This document shows, one piece after another, positions 24,101 through 35,059 of a stretch of 58,284 bases of DNA (position 1 is the stretch's first letter; the number at the start of each line of letters is the position of its first letter). A program made the position numbers and the translations under genes. Source of the DNA: Aplysia californica (Eukaryota); NCBI RefSeq assembly GCF_000002075.1, contig NW_004797441.1, forward strand, positions 524,402-582,685, written 5' to 3'. The notes under the pieces were generated by a model. The model was not told the origin of the DNA and ran no database searches. It was given only the letters and a program-made list of their open reading frames with translations.

Positions 24101-27100
24101 GTGGTCTGACTGGTTGTTAATTAAGTTCATTCTCTTTATTCTTTTTAGTTTTAGTTTACAGCGCTCGCAACAGCCCATTTACAATTCTACTATGCGTAAG
24201 AACATGTTAACATCCCCCCTTTGGGAATGGCCTAAAGACAACTCCAGTCAGCAGCTCTGCCCTGATGGGGGATCTTTATTCTTAATATCAACTATTCTTT
24301 TTGGGGGACAAAATACACAAAATGTCTTGCAATACTCATAAATCATGTTCATGTCACTGTCTCTGGAGCTCATTTCATAAATTCAAATATAGCAAAGAGC
24401 ATATATTTTGTGAATTGTACAAGGTTATTGCTGATAAAAGAAATAGTGTTGAGGAAATAGCGAAAAGCATCAAAAGCTGACTTACTTTGTAGGTTAAAAA
24501 GTAAATTTTTTTTTGGCGCTGCTCCTGCGGCGACAAGGTCGTGTTTACATCGGCTCTGCTTGTTTTGGAGCTCTTTTACTGTTTCTGTTTGGACTGTATG
24601 TCTGAAACTTTCCTTATTCCATTTCCAAAAAAGCAAGAACAGACAGATATAGAAATTCATTCGTACCAACTGCAGTGAGGTTACTGAACACACAGTGCTA
24701 CAAATGAAACAGAGAGAGAGAGAATGAATGTTTTAAAGGAGCGGGTTGTCCCAGCCCGTGAGACATGTATTTACTTGGCCTAATGTCCTGTCTTGTTGTG
24801 CGTTTGCGTGAGTGCACCTTTAAGTCTAACTTTTGTAACGTCTACTGCCATTGTTAACGACCAAGACAAATTTCTCCCTGCGAGATGAATAAAGATTGTC
24901 ATTGTCATTGTCATGATTCTCATATTACAACAGGAATACTCCTGTTTAGAGTAAGTATTTGTAGAATGGCATAAAATTATGGCAGAATTTGCTGTAAGGA
25001 TAAAATGGAAAAATAAATTGTTTTTATCCAACTATCAGCCCACAAGACTTAGGTCTCCTTCTGAAATGTCTCAGGTTGTACACTCTTGAACTACCAAGTG
25101 TAAAGAAGTCTTTTTTATCTCTTACGTGTAATTTTTGTTTCTGAAAACAGCATTGTTGTCTGTGGTAAGAGGATAGGTTCTTCATCTTGCACCTAAAAGA
25201 CACAAATTCAACCTTTTTGGGAAGAATATCAAATGTCTCTGTTCTTCTTCTGAAATGTGTCCCCCTCAACCATGGTTTGGCTTGATGGGTAGATTCAAAG
25301 AAGCCCACCTCCTATATGATCTTAACCATTAACACCTGTGGTCATAAAACTATGCCAACATTGATAACCCCGGCTGTTATTAAGAGTCACTGTGCGTATA
25401 TTTATTGAAAATTAAACTTTTAATTAATTTTTTATAAAAATGAAGTATTAATTTTATGCTAATTTTACTAGGGATTAGTGTGCGCATTTTTGTGACAGAG
25501 CTCTTAGATTTTGGAGGCTAATCATGTGGATAGGATCGAAGAAAGTTTACAGCTTTGAGATAATGTCATTACTCAGAGCCTGTAAAAATTTTCAAATAGT
25601 GGATACACTGTTGCGCTTCTCACTTCTTTCTGCTGTTTATCATAATCACAAGAACTTTTATTTCTTTGAAGACAGTCTCTCTCCTATTCTATAATTTTAT
25701 CATGCTAGCCACAACCCCCCTTCCTCTTTCTTAGTCTTCCAGCACTTTGTAAACAAATAGTCTGTTACAATCTGGGCAAAGTTTCAGTGTCACTTGATGT
25801 CTTGATCCCCAGGGTACTCCCGAGTATGCAGTTTTCTTCAGTCCCTCTTGCTTCCAGTTTGTCCATCAGCTTGTTACACCCGAGACACTGCCTTTAGATA
25901 AAGTCAAGGTGAGTATTGCACATCTCCCCCCCCCCAACCCCCCATACTAGTAGTCAGTTACCCATGGTTCTTGAACCCAAAAATTTATTTTCAGAGACAA
26001 ATCACCAACAGGGTGAAAGGCACCTACCAGTTCATGAGTGTGATGATTTCAAATTATGGATTGCCAGACTAAACAAAAATGAAACTTTTTTATTCCTCGT
26101 CAACTCATTTGTATTTGGCAAGGAAAAGTCCGAACTTGTCAATGCTTTATAACCCTTTCGTTGCCAAGGGGCTTGCATTCCTATTGTCAGCTCTGATTTT
26201 CAGCTGAGGTTTCAAGCCTAGATAGCTGTCTTATGACTCAGTGTTAGTGGAATTATGGTCTAGATCTAGCCCTTTTATGGCCTATTTCGGACCCGGAGTC
26301 TTTGATCATATCACTTTCTTTACTTCACTCATAATCTCGAAAAGCTTGCAAACTTGTGTCAAAAAGATAATTTTTCTGCCTTGTTTTTAGTAACTTTGAT
26401 GTTTATCCATTTACATTTTGTGAGAGCATGCAGTCATCAGCAAAAGTAGACCTGTTTTCATCGATCATTTGCAAGCGTAGCAATAAAGTAATACCAACAA
26501 ATTTGGTACTTATATGCGAAATTTGTTATTCCTGATTCCGAATCCCCAAATGCTTATAGATAAGACTGCACAGAACAATTAAACAATTAGAGCCAGAAGC
26601 CAGGTGATTAGTGCGGATAAAGCTGAAAAGAGGGCATTTTCGTGATGCACCACTGAAGCCATAAGGCAACAAAGAGGTTAAACCAACTCTGAAAATCTTT
26701 TACTCATTAATTCACAAGACATATGATAACACGCTTGCTTATTGAAAATGTTGATAGCAATGTGAACATAAACCATGGGAGGTGCATAGTTCACTCACTT
26801 GATATCATACTGGAGAGTGATAGGGCTTGACCCACATTTGAACCCATAACTGGATGTCATGAAACTTGGTTGTTTAGAGAGTCCCCTCCATCTGATTGGT
26901 TGTTAGAGAGAGAAAACTAACTGATGCCCACTCTCTCCCTCGTCTCCTCCTCCCCCCCCCTCTCTCTCTCTCTCTCTCTCTTCCTCTCTCTCTCTCTCTG
27001 CTTCTCTCTCTCCCCCCCCCCCTCCCCAATCTCTTTTCCTCTTAGATAAATTTGTAAAGTTGAAAACGGTCTTGTACTTATACCACACTTTCTGAATGAC

Positions 27101-27309
27101 AGTCGATAGAAGCAACACCCACTGAGTTATAAAATCTACCTCAGTTTATTGAATTTAATGTAGTTTCATTTTTCTTTTTCTCTTCTCTTTTCTGTCAGAT
27201 TATTGCTCTGGGTCCCTCTGTAAACAAGGCAGTCAGAGAACATGGCTACGAGCCATATGCTGTTGCAGCAAAGCCAGAGCCACAAAGCCTGCTGCAAGTA
27301 CTGTCGTGA
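12527..27309 (+). CDS. UROS: Uroporphyrinogen-III synthase (HEM4/HemD family), 8 coding exons, 254 aa: join(12527..12610,20338..20500,21435..21497,22031..22108,22812..22895,23980..24065,25813..25908,27199..27309)
   Basis: All introns are GT-AG with consistent phases (0,1,1,1,1,0,0); total 765 nt. Translation: MGDSGKPGNRCVFLFKSPKENETDKYSE/VLTSAGFSPVVVPVLSFKFCN...AVIFTSTRAVEAVLSVST/GELSRFADITCFVVGQATALA/AKKAGFVPTGEETGNAEVLSQLIIKC/RDPQDKRPMLFPCSSLRRDTLPDSLSKH/DISLTEVVAYETCPNEEL...ENY/GTPEYAVFFSPSCFQF...DKVK/IIALGPSVNKAVREHGYEPYAVAAKPEPQSLLQVLS*. It is colinear with human UROS motifs IPVLSFEF, IFTSPRAVEA, VVGNATA, GNAEKLA, LLFPCG, VYQT, FFSPSG, IGPTT and PTPQAL. Confidence 0.95.
13036..13413 (+). 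mobile_element. Interspersed retro-repeat family C (SINE body or LINE 3'UTR)
   Basis: Closely similar by eye to 22950-23345 over about 380 bp. Ends in gcgctcatatgacctYatgcagttgcRagcgcMgtaa, the tail shared with families A and B. Confidence 0.85.
14070..15808 (-). CDS. Class A (rhodopsin-like) orphan GPCR, FMRFamide/peptide-receptor-like or gastropod chemoreceptor-like; main exon (the ORF track start at 15851 is probably intronic)
   Basis: Uninterrupted 593-codon ORF with seven hydrophobic segments: TM2 IAFIFSD, TM3 end AERFYSIAFPF (D/ERY-like), TM5 FRYIP...LNILTI, TM6 RRQTNIMI, TM7 ITNLVIY (NPxxY-like) and helix 8 FEFRKTF. Long N-glycosylation-rich N-terminus. Strong acceptor ttgttctgtgcattttcccacAG|CT at 15809/15808 (phase 1). 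Confidence 0.9.
16380..16545 (-). mobile_element. SINE-like family A
   Basis: Reverse complement of the family A core and tail (cttgcaacac...gaagattagaggtgttacaagagag...gatgtttgataggaaagaag). Confidence 0.8.
16764..16938 (-). CDS. Probable first coding exon (signal peptide) of the nested GPCR
   Basis: MVCSRARVSPARQRWRVQREIRLTFVLVVAIAAASQQ... has basic n-region, hydrophobic h-region and small-residue cleavage site. The donor AGA|GTGAGA after 175 nt is phase 1 and matches the phase-1 acceptor at 15808, giving about 637 aa. Other phase-1 donors exist, so the boundary is uncertain. Confidence 0.5.
17720..17822. repeat. Compound (TG)n(CG)n alternating purine-pyrimidine repeat
   Basis: Three to four units of tgtgtgtgtgtgcgcgcgcg(g/c)..gg. 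Confidence 0.9.
18181..19017. other. Assembly gap flanked by (TG)n and (CT)n microsatellites
   Basis: Run of N. Confidence 1.
19683..19892 (-). mobile_element. SINE family B, internally deleted copy (head joined to tail)
   Basis: Head (plus strand ggtttcgaacccggggcctattgaatgagaggcgaacacggtacctcttgaccacgagggcc) directly adjoins the tail region (ttttacggcgctcacaactacataaggtca...gaattttgccc); the central body is missing. Confidence 0.8.
20023..20240 (+). mobile_element. tRNA-derived SINE family H
   Basis: Head ggcgcctgTGGTGTAGCGGtttagcgcttcgctttcacatgcaagagaccaGAGTTCGATTTC; body gagtatctcggtctttctgctagg..ctctcagccc; tail cgcctcc..tgacctaaattgtgtcgatg..aaaaaac. Confidence 0.8.
20338..20500 (+). 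CDS. UROS: UROS coding exon 2
   Basis: ccAG|GTG ... ACAG|GTAACA; encodes VVPVLSFKF and IFTSTRAVEA. Confidence 0.93.
20540..20714 (-). mobile_element. tRNA-derived SINE family H, inverted copy
   Basis: On -: tTGGTGTAGCAGttaggcacttcgcc...TAGTTCGACTCC...gaatatctgtctttcttctgg..ctctcagcc..cgcctcc..tgatttaaattatgtcgatg..aaaaaa, colinear with 20023-20240. Confidence 0.75.
21435..21497 (+). CDS. UROS: UROS coding exon 3
   Basis: tcAG| ... CTG|GTAAGT; encodes CFVVGQATA. Confidence 0.92.
22031..22108 (+). CDS. UROS: UROS coding exon 4
   Basis: tttcAG| ... GCA|GTAAGT; encodes GEETGNAEVL. Confidence 0.92.
22812..22895 (+). CDS. UROS: UROS coding exon 5
   Basis: cacAG| ... ACG|GTGAGT; encodes PMLFPCSSLRRDTLP. 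Confidence 0.92.
22950..23345 (+). mobile_element. Retro-repeat family C
   Basis: Aligns to 13036-13413; (ACTAAA)-type tail. Confidence 0.85.
23980..24065 (+). CDS. UROS: UROS coding exon 6
   Basis: ttttacAG| ... TAT|GTATGT; encodes EVVAYET (conserved Tyr). Confidence 0.92.
24170..24272 (-). mobile_element. Retro-repeat family C, 5' part, inverted
   Basis: cagcccatttacaattct...taagaaca...ctttgggaatggcctaaagaca.ctccagtcag is the reverse complement of about 22966-23046. Confidence 0.85.
25813..25908 (+). CDS. UROS: UROS coding exon 7
   Basis: ccccAG| ... AAG|GTGAGT; encodes GTPEYAVFFSPS. Confidence 0.92.
27199..27309 (+). CDS. UROS: UROS last coding exon
   Basis: Long pyrimidine tract then tcAG|; encodes IIALGPSV...KPEPQSLL; TGA at 27307-27309. 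Confidence 0.92.
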   Translation: MIALGPSVNKAVREHGYEPYAVAAKPEPQSLLQVLS

Positions 27310-28262
27310 CCTTTGCAAGGAGCTAGTATGGAATGGTGTGCTCTAAGATTATCCTTACATTTGTGCCTTATACACTTATGGTAAATGCCATTCATTGTTT
27401 TGTGTGATGTCTCAAAACTGTGAACTGTGCTGTGCAAATTTTGTTGAGGTTTTCTTTTTGGTACTAAGTCATGCCCTAGGGTTTGACCCAATACTATAAA
27501 GTTTTACGAGTGGATGCAGGTTCTTACCAATTATTCTCCCCAATGTTTTTGATGCCTCTAAACTTTCATTTGCTTATTGGTCATCTCTTGTATTTCCAGC
27601 CATAGTTTGGATTGACAGTGAGAACAAAAATGTTATTTTGAAGACCAGTAATCAACAGTGCTATACCATGACCGTTTAAATGTTGCATGAACACAGCAGT
27701 TCATGCAAGGTTGAAAAATCAGATAACATTGTGAACTGTGAAAAGAGAATTATGACACGTTCTCAGCCTAAGATTGTGATGCTTGGAAATAAAGAAAAAG
27801 CAGGATATGAAGGAGATGGACTCTTTCCTCACTGTTTTTGAGAGAAAACTATATATTATCCACTTAAAACAGTCCCGCCTTATATTTGAAATCAACAGGT
27901 ATGTCATTATTATGTTCTGATCCTACTGAGTGAAAAGTCGTATCTCAAATTGACCAATCAAATAGGTGTAAACATTTGTATTTCTCCAGACTTGGGTATT
28001 TAATTTAACATCTGAAATCTGCCCTCTTGATTTTCATACTCCCTGGAGATATTTGTTTTTCTTTTGGTTCTATCTCTGAGTGTTTGGTTTAAAAGAGATT
28101 TTCTGAGAGTACCATTGGTAGGTCCTCATTCTTTACCGCCCCCTCTCAGTCTTCCTTCTTTTAGCAGAAAATAACCACTATTGTCCCTTCTCTATACTCA
28201 ACTAAACTCAATGTTGTTTGCAATTGTAGAGGCATAAGATTAACCTGTAAGCAGTGCGTAGT

Positions 28263-28346
28263 ATCTGCACACACGTTTACTTCACAGTGAAGGGAGACCC
28301 AGTGATCTGCACACATGTTTACTTCACAGTGAAGGGAGACCCAGTG
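28263..28346. repeat. 42-bp tandem duplication (2 copies, 1 mismatch)
   Basis: atctgcacacaYgtttacttcacagtgaagggagacccagtg x2. Confidence 0.95.
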
Positions 28347-28391
28347 ATTCACATCATTCTGAGAACTGCCCTCACCTGAGATGCATAATTT

Positions 28392-28825
28392 GTGAGGCAG
28401 CGTGGTGAAATCAGGCACTCGTCAAAATAGGCAAAGTGAAGAAACTAGCTTTTTCCGCAGGTTTGGGAATTTTTATAGATTTTTTTGTTTTTTGGCTGAA
28501 CACCTTTCATGCCCTTTAAAGAACATATTTCTGTGTGGATTGTCCTGAAAACAGTTGATGTAAGGCATAAGAGATGTAAATTTTCAGTTTCCATGGGCTC
28601 TCAAGCTTAGGAAATAACTCAGCTTTGGCGGCCATATTCTCGCTAATTTTACCTCTGAAACAAGCCCACCCCTCCTCCTTCAATTACCAATATCTTGACT
28701 TGTATCCAAGATAAATAAATATTGTTTTCGTCCGAAGCAAGGCAAATGAACAAGCTTTAAGATGATACAAGTAACTCCATATGCCCTAAAATTGACGAGA
28801 GCTTGGTTTCACCACGCTGCCTCAC
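28392..28825. mobile_element. Sola1-like MITE with intact TIRs and 4-bp TSD
   Basis: GTGAGGCAGCGTGGTGAAA...TTTCACCACGCTGCCTCAC (19-bp perfect TIR) flanked by ATTT (28388-28391) and ATTT (28826-28829). An AWWT TSD is characteristic of Sola1. Confidence 0.85.
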
Positions 28826-30945
28826 ATTTGTGTTTTGACACGGCATTACCCTTCATACTTCATGGCAGTCCTAAAATAAGTAAGAATATTGTGATTGTTT
28901 TTATATCTATAGTTGTTTTCTCATTTAGATCAAAAGTATTAGGGTTGGTGCGACTTTGTGTGCAATATTCTGCTTTTTGAGAAAATAATCTTGTAATTAG
29001 CTGACCTCAGCATTGATGTTTGTGACTTCTGATGGGTTCTCCTTTCCCCACCACACAGCTGTGCTATAAGCTATCAAAAGGGAGTTTGAAAGTAAGATAG
29101 ACGTTTCTCTCTCACGTGTCCTATCTTCTGGTTTCAGCTTCTGTACCAAAGGTAGCCTTGACTTTTTTGTAAGGGTTCTCCTCTGAATGTCTTGTTTTTG
29201 GCACTTAAGTTTTAGTTCCGTATTATGATCGTAGTGTCTTGAGCTTTTGGACTTTTGTTATTTTAACATGGCCAGTTCAGTGTGTGTGTGTGTGTGTATT
29301 CATTGTATGATATAAGTTTTATTCTTCTTGGGTTTTTTTTTTTTTAATTTGGTCTCGTGTCAGTTTTTTTAAATGTACAAACCCTAGTTGGTTGATGTAT
29401 AACTAATTTTATCCTGAGAGATGAACTAATATTTCATACCAGTTAGTATTTTGACTTACTCCAGTACTTTCAAATCTTGTTAGGTTTTATTGTATTGGTA
29501 TTGCTGGTTAATATTGACAGTTACTTAGTAGGAGCTTATATTTTATCAATACTTTTGTTCACCTGTACAGTGTGTTAGTATATTAGCTTTCGAATCCAGC
29601 TGTATTTTGCGTAAAATGAATACTATCAGAATCGCGTGACCTGAATTTCTCATGTACAGAACATCAGATCTATTGTGTCATTCTCTTACATAGTAAAAGG
29701 AATTTGGGGAATTTTTTTTTATTAACAAAAGAAACTCTCTGATTTAAATTATAAAGTAGGCACAAAAGTTGGCCCACAGTACTTTCATGCTATAATTTAT
29801 AGTGTATGCTTACCTGATTTTTATCGAGGACAGTTAGATTAACCTTGCTTTTCAGAGCAAAAAGGAAAGAGCTGATGTTCTTCTGCCTGTTACAAGTTTT
29901 GAGCATAACACCATGTATGCCTATTTCCTTTCAGCGACACCATCTGTGGTGTTTTCTCTATTCTGGAGGGGTCTTCTGGTATCATTTGTTCCTTTTTATT
30001 CTTTTCAGGGCTACTTTTGATATTATACTTTTCTGTTTCTGTCATAGTATGGATATTGCCATGCTTACATGCAGTACACTACCACTCAGTTTGAATTGTC
30101 TGTTTTGCTGCCAGGTGTGCTGGCTTGATGCGCCTTCTCCCTCCTGTGGTCACAGTTTCCTTTGCTATGAGCTTGTAGAGTTATCCATTTATCTTCTTAC
30201 GCAGAATTATTGTCTAACAGAAGGCCTACTTGCTTTACTTTACAACCTGTGTACTATTTGTCATAATGTGTGTATAAACTGATCAGATCTAGATGGTTGT
30301 GATTGACTGTCATTCCCTTCGAAACTTGGCACACCGACCCATTTCTGTGATAACTTATTTCCACCAGTCCTTGAAGCACCAATAGAAGTTAACTGAAAGT
30401 TGCCTAAGTATTCGTCTTGCTTGTGAAGATAAACCCTCACAAATGGCTCTCAAGGTGTTATTTTGTTGTCACCTCTCAAAGCAAAATCACTGTAGCTGCC
30501 TGCTATATTATTTCTTCAGTGCCATGCCACTGATCTGTGTCTTGGGTCAATAATGGGCTCTGTTGGTATCGTACTGGACTATGTTATGAATGACCCAATT
30601 CAAATTCCCAACAGGGTATTTTTTAACTTGAGTTGTTTGGGGAGTTTTCATGGCTCTGCTCTCTCCACTTTTGACTATGTTCTACTGGAGATGAAGTGAA
30701 GTCCTACCTCTTAGATCACCCTATGGTAGTCGTATACCCATACTGTGCTCCAAGCTTACCACTCTGTCCTCTAGTTTGAATGATATTCTTCCGTTGCAGC
30801 AGTTTAAATGATGGAGAACATGACTACCATGTTTTGTTTCCTGCTATGATAGAGGGATTTAGATGTCATTTTTCTTTAATCATCACTTCACTCTGATAAT
30901 AGTTCGTTTGTGTAGTCCCATCTGGTTACGGTTGTGATATGTAAA

Positions 30946-31666
30946 CAGACCTGCCACTCATCCCGATTTAATCAGGATATCCCGATTTTTTGCCCCAAGT
31001 CTCAAGCATCCCGATTTTCCCGATTTTGGTCGCCGGTATCCGGATTTTTTGTCGTTGCATCTGTTGCGTCCCGATTCTTATAAACAAATATAAAAAGTTC
31101 TGCAATCTCTTTTGCTTGGAAGCACCGATTGGACTTTTTATGGGCAGGAACTTGGAACTTGTGGGAGGGGGGGGGGGGGGTATTTTTTTAACACTTGGGC
31201 TTAAAGTGCGTGCCTTGATACAGGTACTTATTGAGGGGAAAGGAATAAGAAAAAAAATAAATGAACAACCTTGGTGGGATCTTTTTTTCGGGGGGGGGGG
31301 GGGGGGGTTGCCTTGCGTGTATATGCGATGGAAGTCAAACGTATGAAAAACGCTGGCTTTTTGCAGCTATGCGTCGGTTATTTTCAAAACTACGAGTTTC
31401 AGCTTTATTGCAACCTGCGCTCCCCCAGTCACTCCGACTCGAGTTCATATATGCTGTCTTTCAGTTTTCCCACTGTTTAGAGGCCCAAATGTGAACTTAT
31501 TCCTAAAAAGTTTTGTCTTGCATACTTGCCTCATAAAAGGGAACCAGGACCCCTCCCCCCAGTGCCCCTTATGACTGATTTGCTGTTGATCCCGATTTTT
31601 TTCACCAGATCCTGATTTTTTTACTCCAAAATCCTGATTTTTCGATTTCATAGAGTGGCAGGTCTG
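30946..31666. mobile_element. MITE with 14-bp TIR and 6-bp TSD (hAT-related group)
   Basis: CAGACCTGCCACTC...GAGTGGCAGGTCTG flanked by TGTAAA on both sides; multiple subterminal (AT)CCCGATTT motifs. Confidence 0.88.
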
Positions 31667-32234
31667 TGTAAACAGTCATTATTTTCAGGTTCTGACCCTC
31701 TAAATTCTAAGATGTCTACATTCGTTAAAATTAAGAGTCTCACATGAAAACTGCAAGCGATTTACTTTGATTTTGTTAGTTTTCTAGTGTCTACTACAAC
31801 CTTCAATTATTCACATGATAGAGCTCATTATCTTTCCAGTTGCACAAACTTGGCCAGGGAAAAGGCCTTTCTTATCAAATTGACTAAAATTGAATCAAGC
31901 AGTTTCTGCCTTGGAAGAGGTGGTGCAGATTACCCGCAGCTGTAACGCAACTATTTATTTTTACTCACAGTTTCTTTTATCATGCATGTTGGTCTATGGC
32001 ACTCGGCTTAGTTTTTACTAATCTTACCTAGAGAAATCTATCATGTGCTGCAAGTATGGCCTGAATCTCACAAACTGGAGGCTTTTTATCAAATCATGAC
32101 CACCATAGTTTAGCGGCTTGGGTACCTCGAAAGAGGTAAGTGGCAAAATTGTTGCCAAATGTTAGTTGAACAATTTGCTTAAACTACCTGTCAGATTAAA
32201 CCCGGTGAAATTACAAAAAGTTGAGGGGTGATGC

Positions 32235-32269
<35 letters not shown>

Positions 32270-33113
32270 ATGCTCACCTCTCTAACTGAAATATTTACCC
32301 ACAAAAAGGCCCAAAACAAGATTCCCTATAACTTGGTCTCCCATGTAGATCCATTAAAATTTATAGAATATTTTTCTAATTTAACTTTCTGTACCAGTGA
32401 TATCCCTGCTTTCTTCTAGTTGTCTGTTTCCTTCATTGAACCATTCCTTTTACATGCTTTGTGTTAAAACTTATTATGTCTGAAAGTGCGTGCCCAATCA
32501 AAGCAGATTTACTCTCTTCCACTTGTCTACATTGCTCTTCTTTGGATTGGAATTTAGCTGTCTTGTGAAGACAGAGGAAACCTACTCTGCTAAAAAAAAA
32601 AAAAAAAAAGAACTTAGTCTTTGAGCTTGATATTACAATATTTCAAAAGTAAAACGGAATTTATGGAATATTCAAACATTTGAAACCTGTAATGCTGTGT
32701 GTATGATCTGTTTGTTTTCTGTTCTATCAATGTTTAAATCACATTTGCCTTACTGGATAAAAATACCCGTACATGTAATCCACTTTTGAAAATATGGGTT
32801 TCTACATTATGATATAACCCTATGGTGCTTCTCAAAGAGGTGAACTTTGATCTGTTGGGTTTCTTCATGACCAAGATTCTGTTGTTTATCTTTTGCTTTC
32901 TTTTAGTTCCTTCACTATGCAATGAATTCGTGGATGTGGCAATAGTTTTGTTGATGTCAATGTCATGCTGGACTCCAGTCTAGATGACCCTGGTTCAGAT
33001 TCCCGATAAGGATTTGTTGAACAAGGGCTGTTTGTAGAATTTATACAGCTCTCCGACCCCTTGTTCCAGGCTTATCCGAGATGGATATTCGGTTTGGCGA
33101 TCCTATCTCTTAA

Positions 33114-33345
33114 CTCTATCTGTACGTCGTGTTTTACTATCGTATCCATACGGCATGGGGAACTCTGTGCCGCCACTTTCCAAAGATGAAATTTACTCTT
33201 TAATCCGATCCGTACGCTTTACATAGCAGTCTGTCAAAACGATTTTTTTTTAAATACTGAAAGTTTCAAAGAGATCTTCACGCTAGAAGTATTCTAAAAT
33301 GTGAAGAATACAACCCCCGGGGTTAAATGACTTTACAGGGTTGAA
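33114..33345. mobile_element. TTAA-flanked MITE (piggyBac/Kolobok-like), copy of 41487-41717
   Basis: Shares gtacgtcgtgtttt..tcgtatccatac, aaatttactc.ttaatccgatc and ctgaaagtttcaaagagatctt..ctagaagtattctaaaatgtgaagaatacaacccc; preceded by TTAA. The right end is approximate. Confidence 0.8.
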
Positions 33346-33673
33346 AGGGATGAAGCTAATGCCATATCATACCATTCCATGCCATGCCATACTGTCTCAA
33401 ATATCTGAGCTGTTTGATGATGTTTGAGACCAATTTAAACCTTGTCTGTGGGTGTGCTTACAGTATGAAATAAAAGCTCTATGATGTCCTTTTAGAATGT
33501 TCAATTACCCTTCAAAAGTTGTCATAACTTTTCATTTTGTTGATGCAGAAGTGTGGTGATTTGAAGATTCATAGCATTGGTTTGGGAGTGAAGGGTTTCC
33601 GATATATATCTTAAGTCAAGTTAATTTTCTTTTAAAGAAAGTAAATTCTGATTTCAAATTATCGTTGTTATCA

Positions 33674-33810
33674 TCTGTGGTGCAATGGTTAGGCTCTTTA
33701 CCCTGGATGTTAAAGATGTATTTTATCGAGTGTCTCCGTCTTTCTGCTGGGATGTCTCCTACACCGTCTGGGTAAGCCCTCACAGTCAGGGTCGAAGCAG
33801 TCCATTCCTG
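33674..33810 (+). mobile_element. Degenerate SINE family H copy
   Basis: ctgtggtgcaatggttagg head and gagtgtctccgtctttctgctgggatg body resemble 20023-20140. Confidence 0.55.
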
Positions 33811-35059
33811 CATTGTGTAGTTGAAAGTGTAAAATATCCACAGCCTAGCAGATATATATAGACACAGGATTGCCCTTCTATCTTTCCTCATTATTTTTTC
33901 CTTTTTCTTTTCCAGTTCTATTTTGTTCCATTTCCAAATGAGGAATAGAAACCAGAGATATAAATGTAATGTGACTGTCTACTATTTTGACACTATTTGG
34001 AAGGCTAGGCATAGTTTTTTCAGTTTGAGTGTTGAACCAATCAGGTGAACATTTGTACGTGAGGAATCAACCTTGTGTCAGGATGGCAGGCATGAACTTG
34101 ACTTTGAAGTCATGTTATATTACTCATTCGGAAATGGAATGAGGCAGGGTGAAAAAGTTAATATGCTTGTGTTTGAAATCAAATTATAATAAATGATAAC
34201 TGCATTTAACTCAAGACAGATCTGTACTTGAAACAAAAACCCATGTTGCTGGTTTGGTTAGACCAAATACATGTTTGTTGTTCAACATACATGTAGATTT
34301 ATTATCGCCCATTCCCACATTATCATTGTTGTGATGTTCATGGGATACTTTGATATCTTAATGCCTGGGTATAATCAATATTTTGATGGCATTTCTCGTT
34401 TGTACTTCTTCAGTTGGATCTGTTCCAATTAAACTTCATCAGTTTTCATTCAACTTTTCCCATTCTACCTTGTGCTCTTCCTTTCTTTCCGTTTTATGTT
34501 ATGTCTCAGAATTTGTTTCTCATACTTTTTTTCTTCTTTATATTTTGTCATATGAATTTGTTTTGTTTTTCTATAGGTTTTTGCTTTTTTATGCATGCAA
34601 ATTTGTAAGTACTTCTGCTAGCCGGACTGTGATCTAGTGTGTGGGTTGAGTTGAAGATTAAGTTAAAATAAACTAAATCTAATCCAAGAAAAGGGTTTAT
34701 ATTTTTCGCAATTCTTTAACTGTTTGGTTTGAGAGAGAGTGAATTGTCAGTTTCTGTTTTTGTGATGCGTTTTAGCATACTACTACTCACTACTACTACT
34801 TTAATTGGTGCTTCTATTGTAGGCCCTACCTATCTGCTTCCTGGCAAAATGTGGCTGATTCTCGACTAGTTCCCTGTGATTGTTGACTTGAAATTCAGTC
34901 TGGGAGCAAGGCAGATGGGAATATTCCTCTTGGTGCTCGAGGAGATGTTATAAAAGGTGGGGTTTTAAAAAGGTTTGGGGGCTGCAGATAGGAGGTCCCA
35001 CAACCCGTCCATTTCATGGTTTCGCACAGATATTATGCGAAGCACGTACACGATCGCGA

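Noticed and set aside
28263-28346. Direct repeats as a possible CRISPR-like array
   Set aside because: Only two adjacent copies with no spacer, in eukaryotic DNA; a simple tandem duplication.
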